Source of the DNA: an uncultured virus (IMG/VR IMGVR_UViG_3300020576_004096)
Taxonomy: Duplodnaviria; Heunggongvirae; Uroviricota; Caudoviricetes
IMG/VR virus record: IMGVR_UViG_3300020576_004096
Reading direction: 5' to 3' (one strand)
DNA length: 64,000 nucleotides
Positions 39,237-49,007 of the stretch are shown in pieces. Below the pieces are notes generated by a model. That model did not search any database and was not told the DNA's origin. It saw only the letters and a program-made list of their open reading frames with translations. Each line of letters opens with the position of its first letter. The first letter of the stretch is position 1. A program made the translations under genes and the position numbers.

Positions 39237-39511
39237 GCAAGCCAACTGTCCATACCGCCCAAGAAGCCATCCGCCAAATCCAAGAAGCAATGGACCAAAT
39301 GGACATTGACGACTTGGCGCAACTCCTGAGCCAGGTCGTCGAAACCAACGGTCCCGTCATTGTCGTCCATGACGGCAACGAGGGTGCTACCCCCGAAATG
39401 GTTGGGGCGGACCAAACCATCGCCTGCTCCTCTGTCTACGAGGACGGAGAGGCAATTGGCGAACTGGCTGACGACGGAACCATTAACGAGAACGAAGACG
39501 ACGAGGACTAA
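39233..39511 (+). CDS. acidic hypothetical protein
   Basis: motif 20 nt before ATG. Confidence 0.7.
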   Translation: MSKPTVHTAQEAIRQIQEAMDQMDIDDLAQLLSQVVETNGPVIVVHDGNEGATPEMVGADQTIACSSVYEDGEAIGELADDGTINENEDDED

Positions 39512-39535
39512 ACTTCTTGCGCAAAGGAGTTTGGT

Positions 39536-39886
39536 ATGAAAGCTGTCAAGTTCAATCTTCCCAGCGGCCAACGCCATCCCGCTCTTCAGGTCTATCACGA
39601 GATTGCCTTTAACAAACTCCTCTCTTGCGAGTGCGAGTTGGTTGACGGCGACGGAGTTGAAGACGGCGAAAGCCACTTCAAGAACAACAACAGTACCCTT
39701 GTTATTGCTCTTCCCGAACTGAATGACGCCTCCAATAAGGACAACGCTCAAATTCATGATTGGGTTGATGGTTTCACGGACTTGCTTATGCAAGCTGTTG
39801 CCGAACTGAAGCCTGACGAGTTTGAGATTCAGCCGCTCGAAGGCATGAAGGGTTACAGCAGAATCGCTCGCTTCTGGTGGGACTAA
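39536..39886 (+). CDS. hypothetical protein
   Basis: motif 20 nt before ATG. Confidence 0.7.
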   Translation: MKAVKFNLPSGQRHPALQVYHEIAFNKLLSCECELVDGDGVEDGESHFKNNNSTLVIALPELNDASNKDNAQIHDWVDGFTDLLMQAVAELKPDEFEIQPLEGMKGYSRIARFWWD

Positions 39887-40047
39887 ACTTCCCGAGAGAA
39901 GCATAAAGGTCTAGCGTGCAGAGCCTCCCGAGCAGGAGCCTCGTCCCGGCGTTACAGGGGAAATGCAAAAGGCTTAGGGAATGGCGGCAGGATACGTCCT
40001 GCCGTCTTCTCTTTAAGAACTAAACTTTCTGGTTGAAAGAGTAAGGT

Positions 40048-40683
40048 ATGCCGACCACCTTTGACAAACTTGCCAAGAAGTCTCCCAAGTTCGGAGTCTC
40101 CCTTGTTAAGAGGGAAGACTTCAACAAGCATGAAGAAGAGGCGGCAGCGCAGCAAGAAGCCAGGGCCTCCACTGGCATGAGTCGAACACTGCGCATTACC
40201 TATGCCCTCCGCCGAGACCAGGCGTTGAAGGCGCAAGGAGCCATGTTCTTCTTTTCTCTTAAGGCGGTTGACGACTACCTTAAGAATAACGCTCGACCCA
40301 AGTTCAACATTTGTAAGAAGTGTCTTGTTGAAATGACAAGGCTCAAGTCTTGCGAGGGAGACCCCGAGGGGATTCGTCACGACTCGAAGTGTCCCAAATG
40401 CGGCGACGTTTATGGCTGTACGAAGGCTCATCAGTTTCTTCTGAGAACGAAGTACGGCAGCAGCAATCCCTCTTGGAAGCCTCTTGTTAGCGGCGATCCG
40501 CCGTCTTTCAATCTGTCTTCTAACTGGATTCGTTCAACCATCAACCTCATGCGCAACAGTAAGGACGCAGGACCGAAGGTTCTTGAACTCCTTATTTCCA
40601 TTGACAATCAACTCGATCAGCAGGCGAAGGATTGGCGCGAAGAGCGCAAGGCGGCTATCGAATCTGGGGAGATTGCAGGATGA
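40048..40683 (+). CDS. hypothetical protein with two CxxC pairs
   Basis: motif 20 nt before ATG. Confidence 0.7.
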   Translation: MPTTFDKLAKKSPKFGVSLVKREDFNKHEEEAAAQQEARASTGMSRTLRITYALRRDQALKAQGAMFFFSLKAVDDYLKNNARPKFNICKKCLVEMTRLKSCEGDPEGIRHDSKCPKCGDVYGCTKAHQFLLRTKYGSSNPSWKPLVSGDPPSFNLSSNWIRSTINLMRNSKDAGPKVLELLISIDNQLDQQAKDWREERKAAIESGEIAG

Positions 40684-40976
40684 ACAAGAAGAATCAAATC
40701 CCTGAGGAATATCTTCGAGGCTGGGAAGATTACTTGAGGGAAACGCATAGCCTCTCCGTAAACTCCCCGATTACTGAGTTTCAAGTCATCAAGTGGGGAA
40801 CCTACGGTAAGAGCGGGCGAGAGCCTCTGCGTTGGATTCCGCTTTGCGAACTCTCGAACTCTCACCTTGAGGCCATTCTGGCGACCCAACCTCAAGTTCC
40901 GCCTTGGATGCGCTGGGTTATGATGGACATTCTTAAGACTCGATACGCCAACGGCGACACTGCGCCTGAGAACTAA
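40680..40976 (+). CDS. hypothetical protein (WGTYGK...HLEAIL motif)
   Basis: ATGA coupling. Confidence 0.65.
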   Translation: MNKKNQIPEEYLRGWEDYLRETHSLSVNSPITEFQVIKWGTYGKSGREPLRWIPLCELSNSHLEAILATQPQVPPWMRWVMMDILKTRYANGDTAPEN

Positions 40977-41000
40977 ACTTCTTACGAGAAGAGGGAGAGC

Positions 41001-41309
41001 ATGGGAAAAGCAACCAAGAAGAAGCCGCTCCAACAAGGTGATTTGGTTATCACCGTTGGCCTTCTGTTCCCCAATCACCACCGAGGCGGCGCACCCCGCC
41101 AGTTTGATTTGGTCTGCGACCCCGACACCATGACTGTCTCTCTTGAAGAAGACTTGGTTCCGCTGACCGAACAACTCGACCCCAACGAGGACAAGACGAA
41201 GGCCGCCCGAGCCGTCTGCGAGGCTCTCGAAAAAGAGGGCATCAACATGAACGGCATGGAGTTCCACATCGGTAATCTTCTTACGGCGGTCATTGAAGCA
41301 ACGCCGTAA
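41001..41309 (+). CDS. hypothetical protein
   Basis: motif 20 nt before ATG. Confidence 0.7.
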   Translation: MGKATKKKPLQQGDLVITVGLLFPNHHRGGAPRQFDLVCDPDTMTVSLEEDLVPLTEQLDPNEDKTKAARAVCEALEKEGINMNGMEFHIGNLLTAVIEATP

Positions 41310-41337
41310 CTAAACTTTCCGCGCAAAGGAAACCGCT

Positions 41338-41682
41338 ATGCCGACAGACAAACTCCCAACCAATGCGCAGCGGGAAACGATTGACGCAGCCACCTGCGAC
41401 TACTTCAATAGGTTTCTCGCCATGAAGAAGGGCAGTCCCGACCATAAGAGGGACCGACAGATTGCCTCTCACACTGTTCTCCTTTCTGACACCTACTCCG
41501 TTGACTTCAACTTGGTCAACGGAGACAACGAAGCCGGTCCCTATCTCGACGTTGTTCTCTTCGACGACGGCGAGGAGGTTCAGACGCTTCCGCCTGAGCG
41601 CACCCAACTTGAGGGAACCTACAAGTTCTACGACTCGGTTGAGAAGCGCGACCTGACGCTCATCATTCAGCGAGGGAACTAA
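41338..41682 (+). CDS. hypothetical protein
   Basis: motif 20 nt before ATG. Confidence 0.7.
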   Translation: MPTDKLPTNAQRETIDAATCDYFNRFLAMKKGSPDHKRDRQIASHTVLLSDTYSVDFNLVNGDNEAGPYLDVVLFDDGEEVQTLPPERTQLEGTYKFYDSVEKRDLTLIIQRGN

Positions 41683-41685
41683 ACT

Positions 41686-41892
41686 ATGCCCCGCTTCTCT
41701 GTTAGCGTTAAGGAACTCCGAGAGATTGATACGGAGTTTGAGGTTGAAGCGGTTGACAAAGATGCTGCCAAAAAGATGGGCGAGCATTACGAACAGCACA
41801 TCAATCGAGGCAAGATGGGAGTTCTTGGCGAAGACATGGTTACAAACCATTCTCGCGAAGTTACTTCTGTTGAAGAAATCAAGGACCAATAA
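41686..41892 (+). CDS. small protein (VEAxDxxxA-type)
   Basis: similar pattern in 41894 and 42682 ORFs. Confidence 0.65.
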   Translation: MPRFSVSVKELREIDTEFEVEAVDKDAAKKMGEHYEQHINRGKMGVLGEDMVTNHSREVTSVEEIKDQ

Positions 41893-41893
41893 A

Positions 41894-42268
41894 ATGCAGA
41901 TGTTCCGAGTTGTTCGTCCTGTCATGCTCATGGAGTGCGTTCTTGTTCGAGCAAAGGACAAGGCGGACGCTGCTCGTAAGGTTGTCAAAGGCGAGGGCCT
42001 CCGCTTTTACGAGCAAGGTCGAGAGCCTGCGCAAAAAATGGAGAACATGCAGATTGAGCCTGAAGAGGGCTTGAACCCTGGCGAGGGAGAAAAGGTCTTC
42101 GTCATTACGAAGCAAGAAGACCACCGTTCTCGTACACTGATTGTGGCGAAGGACGGCGAAGCGGCTCTCGAAAAAGTCAAGGAGGGCGAGGGTTTTGAAC
42201 TTGACGGCACTGAATACGTCGATACTGGCGACTCGAACGATTGGGGTTCGGAAGAGTTGCAGGACTAA
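41894..42268 (+). CDS. hypothetical protein with two VxAKDxxxA repeats
   Basis: internal repeat; stop in motif. Confidence 0.65.
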   Translation: MQMFRVVRPVMLMECVLVRAKDKADAARKVVKGEGLRFYEQGREPAQKMENMQIEPEEGLNPGEGEKVFVITKQEDHRSRTLIVAKDGEAALEKVKEGEGFELDGTEYVDTGDSNDWGSEELQD

Positions 42269-42294
42269 ACTTTCTACCATAGGGTTATAGGCAT

Positions 42295-42657
42295 ATGGAA
42301 CGTAAAACCGCAAACGTCATTGCCGAAAAAGCCCTCGAAGCCATCAAGGAAGCCTTTGCAAAGGATACTGGTCTGAGACACCTGACCGTCCTTGACGCAG
42401 GAGGCAGCGTTGGCCCAGGCGCATGTACCATCAAGTTCTCGTTTGTTGACTCAAACGCCAAGCCGACTTCTTTGCTTGGCGGAGAAGTGACGGACAGCGT
42501 TGTTTCGCTTGGAGCCGCTGGCTCTGGGACGAAAATCATGTTCCGAGGCAAGCGGTATACCGTTGTCAAGGCTGCTCGCAAGTTCTATAACGCTGTTGAC
42601 GAAAGCGGTAAGGCTTGGCGAGTTCCCTTTGTTGGTTCAACGCTCGCAAAGGACTAA
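42295..42657 (+). CDS. hypothetical protein
   Basis: between motifs. Confidence 0.7.
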   Translation: MERKTANVIAEKALEAIKEAFAKDTGLRHLTVLDAGGSVGPGACTIKFSFVDSNAKPTSLLGGEVTDSVVSLGAAGSGTKIMFRGKRYTVVKAARKFYNAVDESGKAWRVPFVGSTLAKD

Positions 42658-42681
42658 ACTTTGCGCAAAAAAGGCAAGGAT

Positions 42682-42915
42682 ATGAAGCAGTTCCTTGTCA
42701 AGCTTGAGATTCCTGCAACAATCACTAAGACCCTTACGGTTGAGGCTGAGGACGAGAAGCAGGCCGAAGAAAGAGCAATGGGCTTCCTCAATGAGATTGG
42801 CGAGGAACACATTCTCAACAGCGAAGAGGAAAGCAATTTCTCCGACGAGGATTATGAGAATCGCCGAGTCACTGAGGTGAATGAACTCAACGAAAAGGGT
42901 TTGCCCAAGAACTAA
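42682..42915 (+). CDS. small acidic protein
   Basis: motif 20 nt before ATG. Confidence 0.7.
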   Translation: MKQFLVKLEIPATITKTLTVEAEDEKQAEERAMGFLNEIGEEHILNSEEESNFSDEDYENRRVTEVNELNEKGLPKN

Positions 42916-42972
42916 ACTTCCGGACGAAAACGGAAGACTGTCAGAAGGTTTCAACCATCAAGGAGAACGCAG

Positions 42973-43500
42973 ATGCCGACCAAAGCCAAGAAGAACAAGA
43001 ACGCCAAGAAGAACGCCAAGAAGACGGCGAAGCCGCAGAACAAGAAGGTGGCTATCAACGCCAAGAAGAACGGCAAGACCGTCACCTTCCAGGCGAAGCC
43101 GAAGACGGACCCGTTTGGGAAGCGTTCTCTTCCCGCCTTCAAGTCTGACGGCTCCCCTGTTGGGAAGGTCAACGTCGAGACCGGCGTTCGTCCTGCCCCT
43201 GTCGCAGCGGCTCCCGCTCCGCAAGTCCCCAACCGCCCGCATCCCATGATGGTTTGCGCTTGCGGCGACCCGAACTGTCGGAACAGCCGTCCGCAGCCCC
43301 AGCAGCCCCAGCCGCAGCAGCGGAACCCCAACGAGATTCCCCCTTTCATTCGCCAGTTGGCGGAAGACCTGGGGACGCAGATGGGGGCGCAGCATGTCAT
43401 GGTTGTCGGCATCCCCCTCAACCCTGCCAATCCTCGCACTGAGCCGCCGTCCCAAGCCGAGTTCGAGGGACTTCTCCGAGCAATCTTGGGAGGGAACTAA
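42973..43500 (+). CDS. Lys-rich N-terminus, Pro/Gln-rich hypothetical protein
   Basis: AAGGAG SD; stop in motif. Confidence 0.7.
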   Translation: MPTKAKKNKNAKKNAKKTAKPQNKKVAINAKKNGKTVTFQAKPKTDPFGKRSLPAFKSDGSPVGKVNVETGVRPAPVAAAPAPQVPNRPHPMMVCACGDPNCRNSRPQPQQPQPQQRNPNEIPPFIRQLAEDLGTQMGAQHVMVVGIPLNPANPRTEPPSQAEFEGLLRAILGGN

Positions 43501-43524
43501 ACTTCCCAAGCGCAAGCCAACGTT

Positions 43525-43664
43525 GCCGACATAGCTCAACTGGTTAGAGCAACAGCGTCTCCCGAGCATGGAGCTATAGCGTAGCTCTGAGCAAAGGATG
43601 ACCGAGCCGAACGCTACGGCGGGAAAAGCTGAGGTTGGAGGTTCGAGTCCTCTTGTCGGCACCA
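43525..43664 (+). ncRNA. tRNA scaffold with about 70-nt structured insert replacing the anticodon loop; encoded CCA
   Basis: GCCGACA/TGTCGGC-ACCA, canonical D- and T-arms. Confidence 0.75.
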
Positions 43665-43836
43665 CCCTATTCTCCAGTTCCTTCGGCCCTCTTGGGCGGG
43701 TCGAAGTTGAGCAAGCCCCCGACCCTTCGGCAAGGTCGGGGGTTTCTTTGTTGCTGCAACGAAATGGTTATGAGTGAGTTTTTGTGGCAACCCGCTGCCT
43801 AAGATTCGCTTTGGTCAAATCCAAAGGAGTAAGAAC

Positions 43837-44169
43837 ATGAAAGTTGCAGTAACGAAAAAGCACATCAAAGACGGCACCGCTGGGGACGGCAATGAATGCG
43901 CTGTTGCCCTGGCCATTCAGGACGCTCTCAAGGCGCAGGGTGTCCGAAATGCTGACGTTCAGGTTGGCTCTGAGGATATTGTGGTTTCTTTCAGCATGAC
44001 GCCCAACAAGGCCACCGCTGGCTTTATCGAGGCGTTCGACATGACCGAGGAGCCTGATCCTTCCAACTACGACGACGGCGAAGACAGCAAGGAATACAAG
44101 GCGGACAAGAAGGAATACGACAAGACTCGCGCCAAGGTCAAGCCTTTCGAGTTTGAACTGAAGAACTGA
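43837..44169 (+). CDS. hypothetical protein
   Basis: AAGGAG SD. Confidence 0.7.
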   Translation: MKVAVTKKHIKDGTAGDGNECAVALAIQDALKAQGVRNADVQVGSEDIVVSFSMTPNKATAGFIEAFDMTEEPDPSNYDDGEDSKEYKADKKEYDKTRAKVKPFEFELKN

Positions 44170-44284
44170 TCGTCTTCTCTCGCTCTCTCCTCCGACCCGC
44201 CAGGCTGTCTGTTGCTTGGCGGGTTTTTCTTCGCGAACTAAACTTTTCTTGCGCCTCTGATAGATAAGAACGGAGAAGAACTCT

Positions 44285-44668
44285 ATGGCTTGCAGAAGCG
44301 AATACATGAACGCCAATCAACTCGAAATCGAACTCAGCCAAGTTCTCATGTTGACGCATGAACTTGATACGGGTAAGCCCGTTAAGGCTGATTCAAGCGA
44401 TTGGCAAGGCTATAAGAAGGGTGTTTACGGGAGTTCAGACCTTAAGAAGAGGACTGACGAAGCCACCGCCAATCTTTGCAGCCGTCTGAAGAAGATTCCT
44501 GATGTTTCAAAGTATTCTCTTGAATTGCAGACTTGGTGGCGCGACCATCAAGCTGCTGATAGAAAGAGGGAAGCAAAGGAAAAGGCGGATGCGAAGAAAG
44601 CCGCTCTTCGAGCCTCTGGTCTCAGCAAGTTGACCGCCGAAGAGCGCAAGGCCCTCGGTCTGAACTAA
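44285..44668 (+). CDS. hypothetical protein
   Basis: GGAG SD; WWRDHQ..D motif. Confidence 0.7.
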   Translation: MACRSEYMNANQLEIELSQVLMLTHELDTGKPVKADSSDWQGYKKGVYGSSDLKKRTDEATANLCSRLKKIPDVSKYSLELQTWWRDHQAADRKREAKEKADAKKAALRASGLSKLTAEERKALGLN

Positions 44669-44692
44669 ACTTTCAGACAGTCGCTCTATTAC

Positions 44693-45076
44693 ATGAGCAA
44701 CGCAAAGTGGGCCAACAACGAACTTCAGTTTGCTCGCCTTATCGCTGAGATTGAGGCGGCTGGCGGCTTCACAGAGCAGTTGGTCCAAGACCTCTGCACT
44801 TCAATGGACTTGGAGAAAAACCAAGTTACCGAACTCATTGACCGAGCGCAGAAACATTGGGACAATGCCAAGGACATGCCGACTATTGAAGAACTCCACG
44901 CCGAAGGAGATATGACCGACAAGTATCCTGCCGGTCGTAATAATGAGGACGAGGAACAGATTTGGGAGTGGAAGGACCGAACTTTCAGCGTCTACATTTC
45001 GAGCGGCGAAGGAGAGGTTCCGCCTGGCGCAGTTGTGAGTGAAATCTTCGACAACGAAGATGAGGACGAGGACTAA
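44693..45076 (+). CDS. hypothetical protein
   Basis: motif 20 nt before ATG. Confidence 0.7.
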   Translation: MSNAKWANNELQFARLIAEIEAAGGFTEQLVQDLCTSMDLEKNQVTELIDRAQKHWDNAKDMPTIEELHAEGDMTDKYPAGRNNEDEEQIWEWKDRTFSVYISSGEGEVPPGAVVSEIFDNEDEDED

Positions 45077-45100
45077 ACTTTAGACGAAAACGAGAAAGCC

Positions 45101-45499
45101 ATGAGCCACAGAGACACCATGCGTCAGATTTCCGCCCTTGGAAACTCGATCAAGTTGAATCGCTTGATTGAGGAGAAGTTCAACGGCGATGCTCAGGTGA
45201 TTGAGCGAGAAATGTCTGCGTCGGCGGAGCGGGTAAAGACGAGAGGGGCTGAATTCAACGCCATGATGGAGGGCGGCGTCACTGCTCAGTTGGCCGCTTT
45301 TCGTAAGGCGGTTGGTGAAGAGATGTGGACAACCATCGCCAACAATCCCAGCATTGTTGAGCTTCTTCGAGCCTGGCTGGGAGAAGAACAGCGTAAGATG
45401 GCTCAGATTCTTGTTGACGAGTTCAAGACGCTGCTTCCTGACGGTCATGACATGACGGACCAGGAAATTCTTGAGGCTGTCACTGCGCATCAGCAGTAA
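45101..45499 (+). CDS. hypothetical protein
   Basis: motif 20 nt before ATG. Confidence 0.7.
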   Translation: MSHRDTMRQISALGNSIKLNRLIEEKFNGDAQVIEREMSASAERVKTRGAEFNAMMEGGVTAQLAAFRKAVGEEMWTTIANNPSIVELLRAWLGEEQRKMAQILVDEFKTLLPDGHDMTDQEILEAVTAHQQ

Positions 45500-45502
45500 G
45501 GA

Positions 45503-45973
45503 ATGGAAATGTCTGCGGAAATCAAGGAAATCACCATTGAGCAAGGCAAGGCGATTCTTGCTGAATACCGGAAACTGAAGAAGCGACCGGCTCTTACGCC
45601 CCACTGCGCTCATGGAAAGCATCCCTTTGGTAGCGGGATTCTTGGTTGGGATTTCGCCTGCGAAGACGGCAACGTTTTGCGCGCTCCTCCGACTTTGATT
45701 CCTTGGGTTCCGCATGAGCGAGCCACTTGGCCTTTCCGCTACATGACAACGAAGAAGCCGATTACGCTGAAGATTTGGAATCAGCGACGACCTGGTGAAC
45801 CCGAGTACACCAACAAGGATCTTCCCGTTGGAACAAGGGTCAAGATCGTCATGGCTTCTCGATTTGGTCATGTTGGTATTACCGACGATTTGACCGCTGA
45901 AACAGACTACCACTATGGCATCAAGATCGAGGATCTCGATCAGGAATGCGAGAACTTCGGCAACGAGCCGTAA
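45503..45973 (+). CDS. hypothetical protein
   Basis: ORF track. Confidence 0.7.
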   Translation: MEMSAEIKEITIEQGKAILAEYRKLKKRPALTPHCAHGKHPFGSGILGWDFACEDGNVLRAPPTLIPWVPHERATWPFRYMTTKKPITLKIWNQRRPGEPEYTNKDLPVGTRVKIVMASRFGHVGITDDLTAETDYHYGIKIEDLDQECENFGNEP

Positions 45974-46001
45974 CTAAACTTCCTGCCAAAGAAGGAAAGC
46001 C

Positions 46002-46370
46002 ATGTTCAACCTCATTCGCCGTTTCCTGAACCGCAACAAGCCCAACCGGGGGCAAGCTCCTGAGTTCTTCGAGGTTCCTTACCTCCAAGATGGAGATGTA
46101 TCGTCCGCTGTTCTGCTGACACCGGACATGATTCGGTCCATTTGCAGCGTTCGAGTTTGCGGGGACTACGCAAATCCCCAACTCAGAACCGTCTACTTCG
46201 ACGTTCGCAACAGCAAGGGCGAGATGTTCCCCATCATCCAGTATTCCAAGCGAACGCCCGAGGAGGCAAGGCAACTTGCCGCCAACGTCACCAGCGCAAT
46301 GAGGGACTGGTGCAACCACAAGCCCATCGTCGTTGTTATTGATACCAGGTCTTTCAACAAGGCGGCGTAA
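46002..46370 (+). CDS. hypothetical protein
   Basis: motif 20 nt before ATG. Confidence 0.7.
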   Translation: MFNLIRRFLNRNKPNRGQAPEFFEVPYLQDGDVSSAVLLTPDMIRSICSVRVCGDYANPQLRTVYFDVRNSKGEMFPIIQYSKRTPEEARQLAANVTSAMRDWCNHKPIVVVIDTRSFNKAA

Positions 46371-46398
46371 CTAAACTTCCTGCGAAGCCTTGTTGGGC

Positions 46399-46683
46399 AT
46401 GAAGACCAAAGACCCATTCATCGCGACCGCTCCCACTCCGAAGGGCCTCGTTCAGTTCTGGGTCGAAAGGCCCACCCATCTTCGGATTGGCAAGCGAACA
46501 GCCCTCTCTTATCTCAAGCAAAGGCTTGGGGACAAGATTGGCGCAGCGGTCTACAAGAATGGTTTCTTTCTTGTTGATACGCCTGAGGATGCAGCCCAAT
46601 GCGTTGCTGAGATGAAGAACGTTCGAGATAGTTCTGTCAGCCAGTACGTCTTTGGCGCAAGGGCTTTCTCCGCGCAGGACTAA
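46399..46683 (+). CDS. hypothetical protein
   Basis: motif 20 nt before ATG. Confidence 0.65.
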   Translation: MKTKDPFIATAPTPKGLVQFWVERPTHLRIGKRTALSYLKQRLGDKIGAAVYKNGFFLVDTPEDAAQCVAEMKNVRDSSVSQYVFGARAFSAQD

Positions 46684-46725
46684 ACTTTCGCGAGAGAACA
46701 GTTGGGTACGAAAGGAATCTAGCCC

Positions 46726-47112
46726 ATGAAACTGCTGACCAAAGAAATCATCCAGAAGATGCCTCCTCTTGGCACCACTGCGCAGAAGTCTTCTGAGGAA
46801 ATCCCCGTTATCTGCAAGTTCTTTCTGCCCGAAGGTCGCTGGACCTGGTTCATTTGCGAGGGCAGTCTGACGACCGAAGACGGAACAGAGAAGGCTCTCA
46901 AGGACTGCTCGGACGCTGAACTCAACGACCCCAAGAACGACATCATCTTCTTTGGCTACTGTTGGAGCGGTCTTGGGAGCGATTGCGACGAACTCGGAAA
47001 TGTCTCTTTCAACGAACTCAAGTCGGTGAAGACCAAGCGGTTTAAGCTTCCGATTGAGAGGGATTTGCATTTCCCCGTTGGCGGTCACATGGTTTCGGAA
47101 TTCATGAAGTAA
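46726..47112 (+). CDS. DUF2958-like protein
   Basis: KFFLPEGRWTWF...FFG...ELGNVSFNEL...IERDLHF. Confidence 0.8.
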   Translation: MKLLTKEIIQKMPPLGTTAQKSSEEIPVICKFFLPEGRWTWFICEGSLTTEDGTEKALKDCSDAELNDPKNDIIFFGYCWSGLGSDCDELGNVSFNELKSVKTKRFKLPIERDLHFPVGGHMVSEFMK

Positions 47113-47117
47113 AGAGC

Positions 47118-47263
47118 GGGCGTATAGCTCAACCCGGTAGAGCAACTGGGACCAAGCGGCGGAACCATCGTAGATTCTTCTTGTTGACTCGCGAGCGGCA
47201 AGGAGCGGAGGTGGGAAAGTCGAGACACCCGGTAGGTTGGTCGTTCAAATCGACCTGCGCCCT
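47118..47263 (+). ncRNA. tRNA scaffold with about 75-nt extended stem replacing the anticodon loop
   Basis: GGGCGTA/TGCGCCC; TAGCTCAACCCGGTAGAGC; GGTCG-TTCAAAT-CGACC. Confidence 0.7.
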
Positions 47264-47594
47264 TTGGAACTAAACTTCCTGCGTTCTTCTTAAAGGCATA
47301 CTAGAAGGGAATTGGCCCTTCTAAGAATGGAGTCTGCCATGTTGAAGAATCGCAAGAAGCGCAAGAACCGTCAGAGCAAGGCCCGCCCGCCGTTTGGCCC
47401 TGGCTACAGGGGCCTCGCCCTCGCCATCTGCGGAGGGGACGCCAATCTCGCCCGCCGTTGGTTCGGAATCTGAACACCATAGTCCTGAGGCGGCAGCAAT
47501 GCCGCTTTGGGACTTTAACAACTCGTAATCGTTATGGGTGAACGTCCTGAGGGCTTTGCTTCGACTAAACTTTCTCAGAGAACAGAAAGTTACC

Positions 47595-47822
47595 ATGAGC
47601 CTCTTTCATAAAGCCCTCCAACGTCCTGCAAACTTTCGCCATTTGTCCTCCGAAGAACGCTGGACGATTGACAGCAACCTGGGCGTCCTCGATTGGGACG
47701 GCAACTGCGACCATCAGCGGGACGGCATGTGTCCTGATTGCCGTCGCATTTGGGAGGAGAAGTTCGACCTTGAGATTAAGAAGGTTGGAACTAAACTTCC
47801 GCGCAAGAAGAAAAAGGCATGA
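47595..47822 (+). CDS. small Cys-containing protein
   Basis: follows motif. Confidence 0.6.
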   Translation: MSLFHKALQRPANFRHLSSEERWTIDSNLGVLDWDGNCDHQRDGMCPDCRRIWEEKFDLEIKKVGTKLPRKKKKA

Positions 47823-48253
47823 ACCTCACCGCCGCAAACGTCAACAAGATCCTCAAGGACTGTCTCTTTACGGATGAAGAACTCAAGGCTTGTAATGGCA
47901 AGCCTGAGAATTTCGTCATGGCTGAGGGAGTCATGATGAGGGTTGGATTCCATCCCGAACGGCTCAAGTCTCACCAAGCCGAAGTTGCGGCCATGCTGTC
48001 TGAACTTCCGTCCGAGTTCATGCACGACAACCCTTCTGGCGGTTGGTCGTTCCTTCAAGCCTGCATGACCAAGAGCGGCGAGCAATGGGGCGAACACCGC
48101 AACATTGACGAACTGCTGCTTCTGGGCTACGGCTTGAACATGGTCAAATACCTTCTGCCTCGCGAGTTTTGGAAGGTTCTCCCCGGTCAAGTGCCGTACT
48201 TCACCGTCAACGTCAACGGCTTCCCCAAAGAGGAACCCGCAAAGCAGGACTAA
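47819..48253 (+). CDS. conserved phage hypothetical protein (GGWSFLQAC...GEQWGEH)
   Basis: motif 20 nt before ATG. Confidence 0.75.
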   Translation: MNLTAANVNKILKDCLFTDEELKACNGKPENFVMAEGVMMRVGFHPERLKSHQAEVAAMLSELPSEFMHDNPSGGWSFLQACMTKSGEQWGEHRNIDELLLLGYGLNMVKYLLPREFWKVLPGQVPYFTVNVNGFPKEEPAKQD

Positions 48254-48277
48254 ACTTCCTGCAACGAAGTAAAGAAC

Positions 48278-48460
48278 ATGAGCCGAGCAAGCAAAGAAGC
48301 CAAGAGAGCAAGGGAAGCGGCGCAGCGGGCTAAGAACCCCACCGTTCATGTCAAACTCCCGATTTGGCTGAGAGGTACGCTCGAAGTTCAAAACGCCGAA
48401 AAGCCGGGCCGAATCGTTTCGCGTCCGTCTTACAAACATCCACCAAGATTGGAGGTCTGA
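48278..48460 (+). CDS. small basic protein
   Basis: motif 20 nt before ATG. Confidence 0.6.
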   Translation: MSRASKEAKRAREAAQRAKNPTVHVKLPIWLRGTLEVQNAEKPGRIVSRPSYKHPPRLEV

Positions 48461-48463
48461 TAC

Positions 48464-48934
48464 ATGAGTCTTCGCAAGGGTTTCACTGTGATCGAGTTGA
48501 TCGTCGTCGTCATTATCTTGTTGGTTTTGGGGACCATCATCCTCTCAACCGTTGGCAAGCCTGGTCGGCTTGTTGGCGGAATCAACAGCAACTACAGCAA
48601 CGGCACCCGAGTCGGCAAGGTCATCAAGTTCGGCGAGAAGACGAACTTCTACGGCGGCTACAAGTCCTGGGAGGGCGCGCTCCAGATGAGCGAGTTCGGC
48701 TTGCAGAGCCAGAACCAAGTCAACTCGACCGTCAGCGGCAACGTCTGGGAGTTCAGCATCCCCGAGAAGGAGGCGACGAAGGAACTGACGGACAAGATTC
48801 TCCTCGCGCTGAAGGAACAGCGGCCCATCTCCTTGACGTACTACCAGTATTGGAGCCGACCGGCGACCATCTCGACCGAGTACGTCATCACGGCTGCGGA
48901 GTTCCCCGAAGACGCCCGCAAACCCGAGAAGTGA
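48464..48934 (+). CDS. prepilin-type N-terminal cleavage/methylation domain protein
   Basis: MSLRKGFTVIELIVVVIILLVLG; GGAGG SD. Confidence 0.8.
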   Translation: MSLRKGFTVIELIVVVIILLVLGTIILSTVGKPGRLVGGINSNYSNGTRVGKVIKFGEKTNFYGGYKSWEGALQMSEFGLQSQNQVNSTVSGNVWEFSIPEKEATKELTDKILLALKEQRPISLTYYQYWSRPATISTEYVITAAEFPEDARKPEK

Positions 48935-49007
48935 ACTAAACTTCTCAAACTCAACTGAACAGCGAAGCGGCTTCCAAAGAGGCCGCTAACGCATTAGGAG
49001 TCTTTCA

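Noticed and set aside
43551..43632. Inserts in tRNA-like genes as group I or archaeal-type introns
   Set aside because: About 70 nt is too short for group I, no P/Q/R/S cores are seen, and no clear bulge-helix-bulge or restored anticodon loop is evident.
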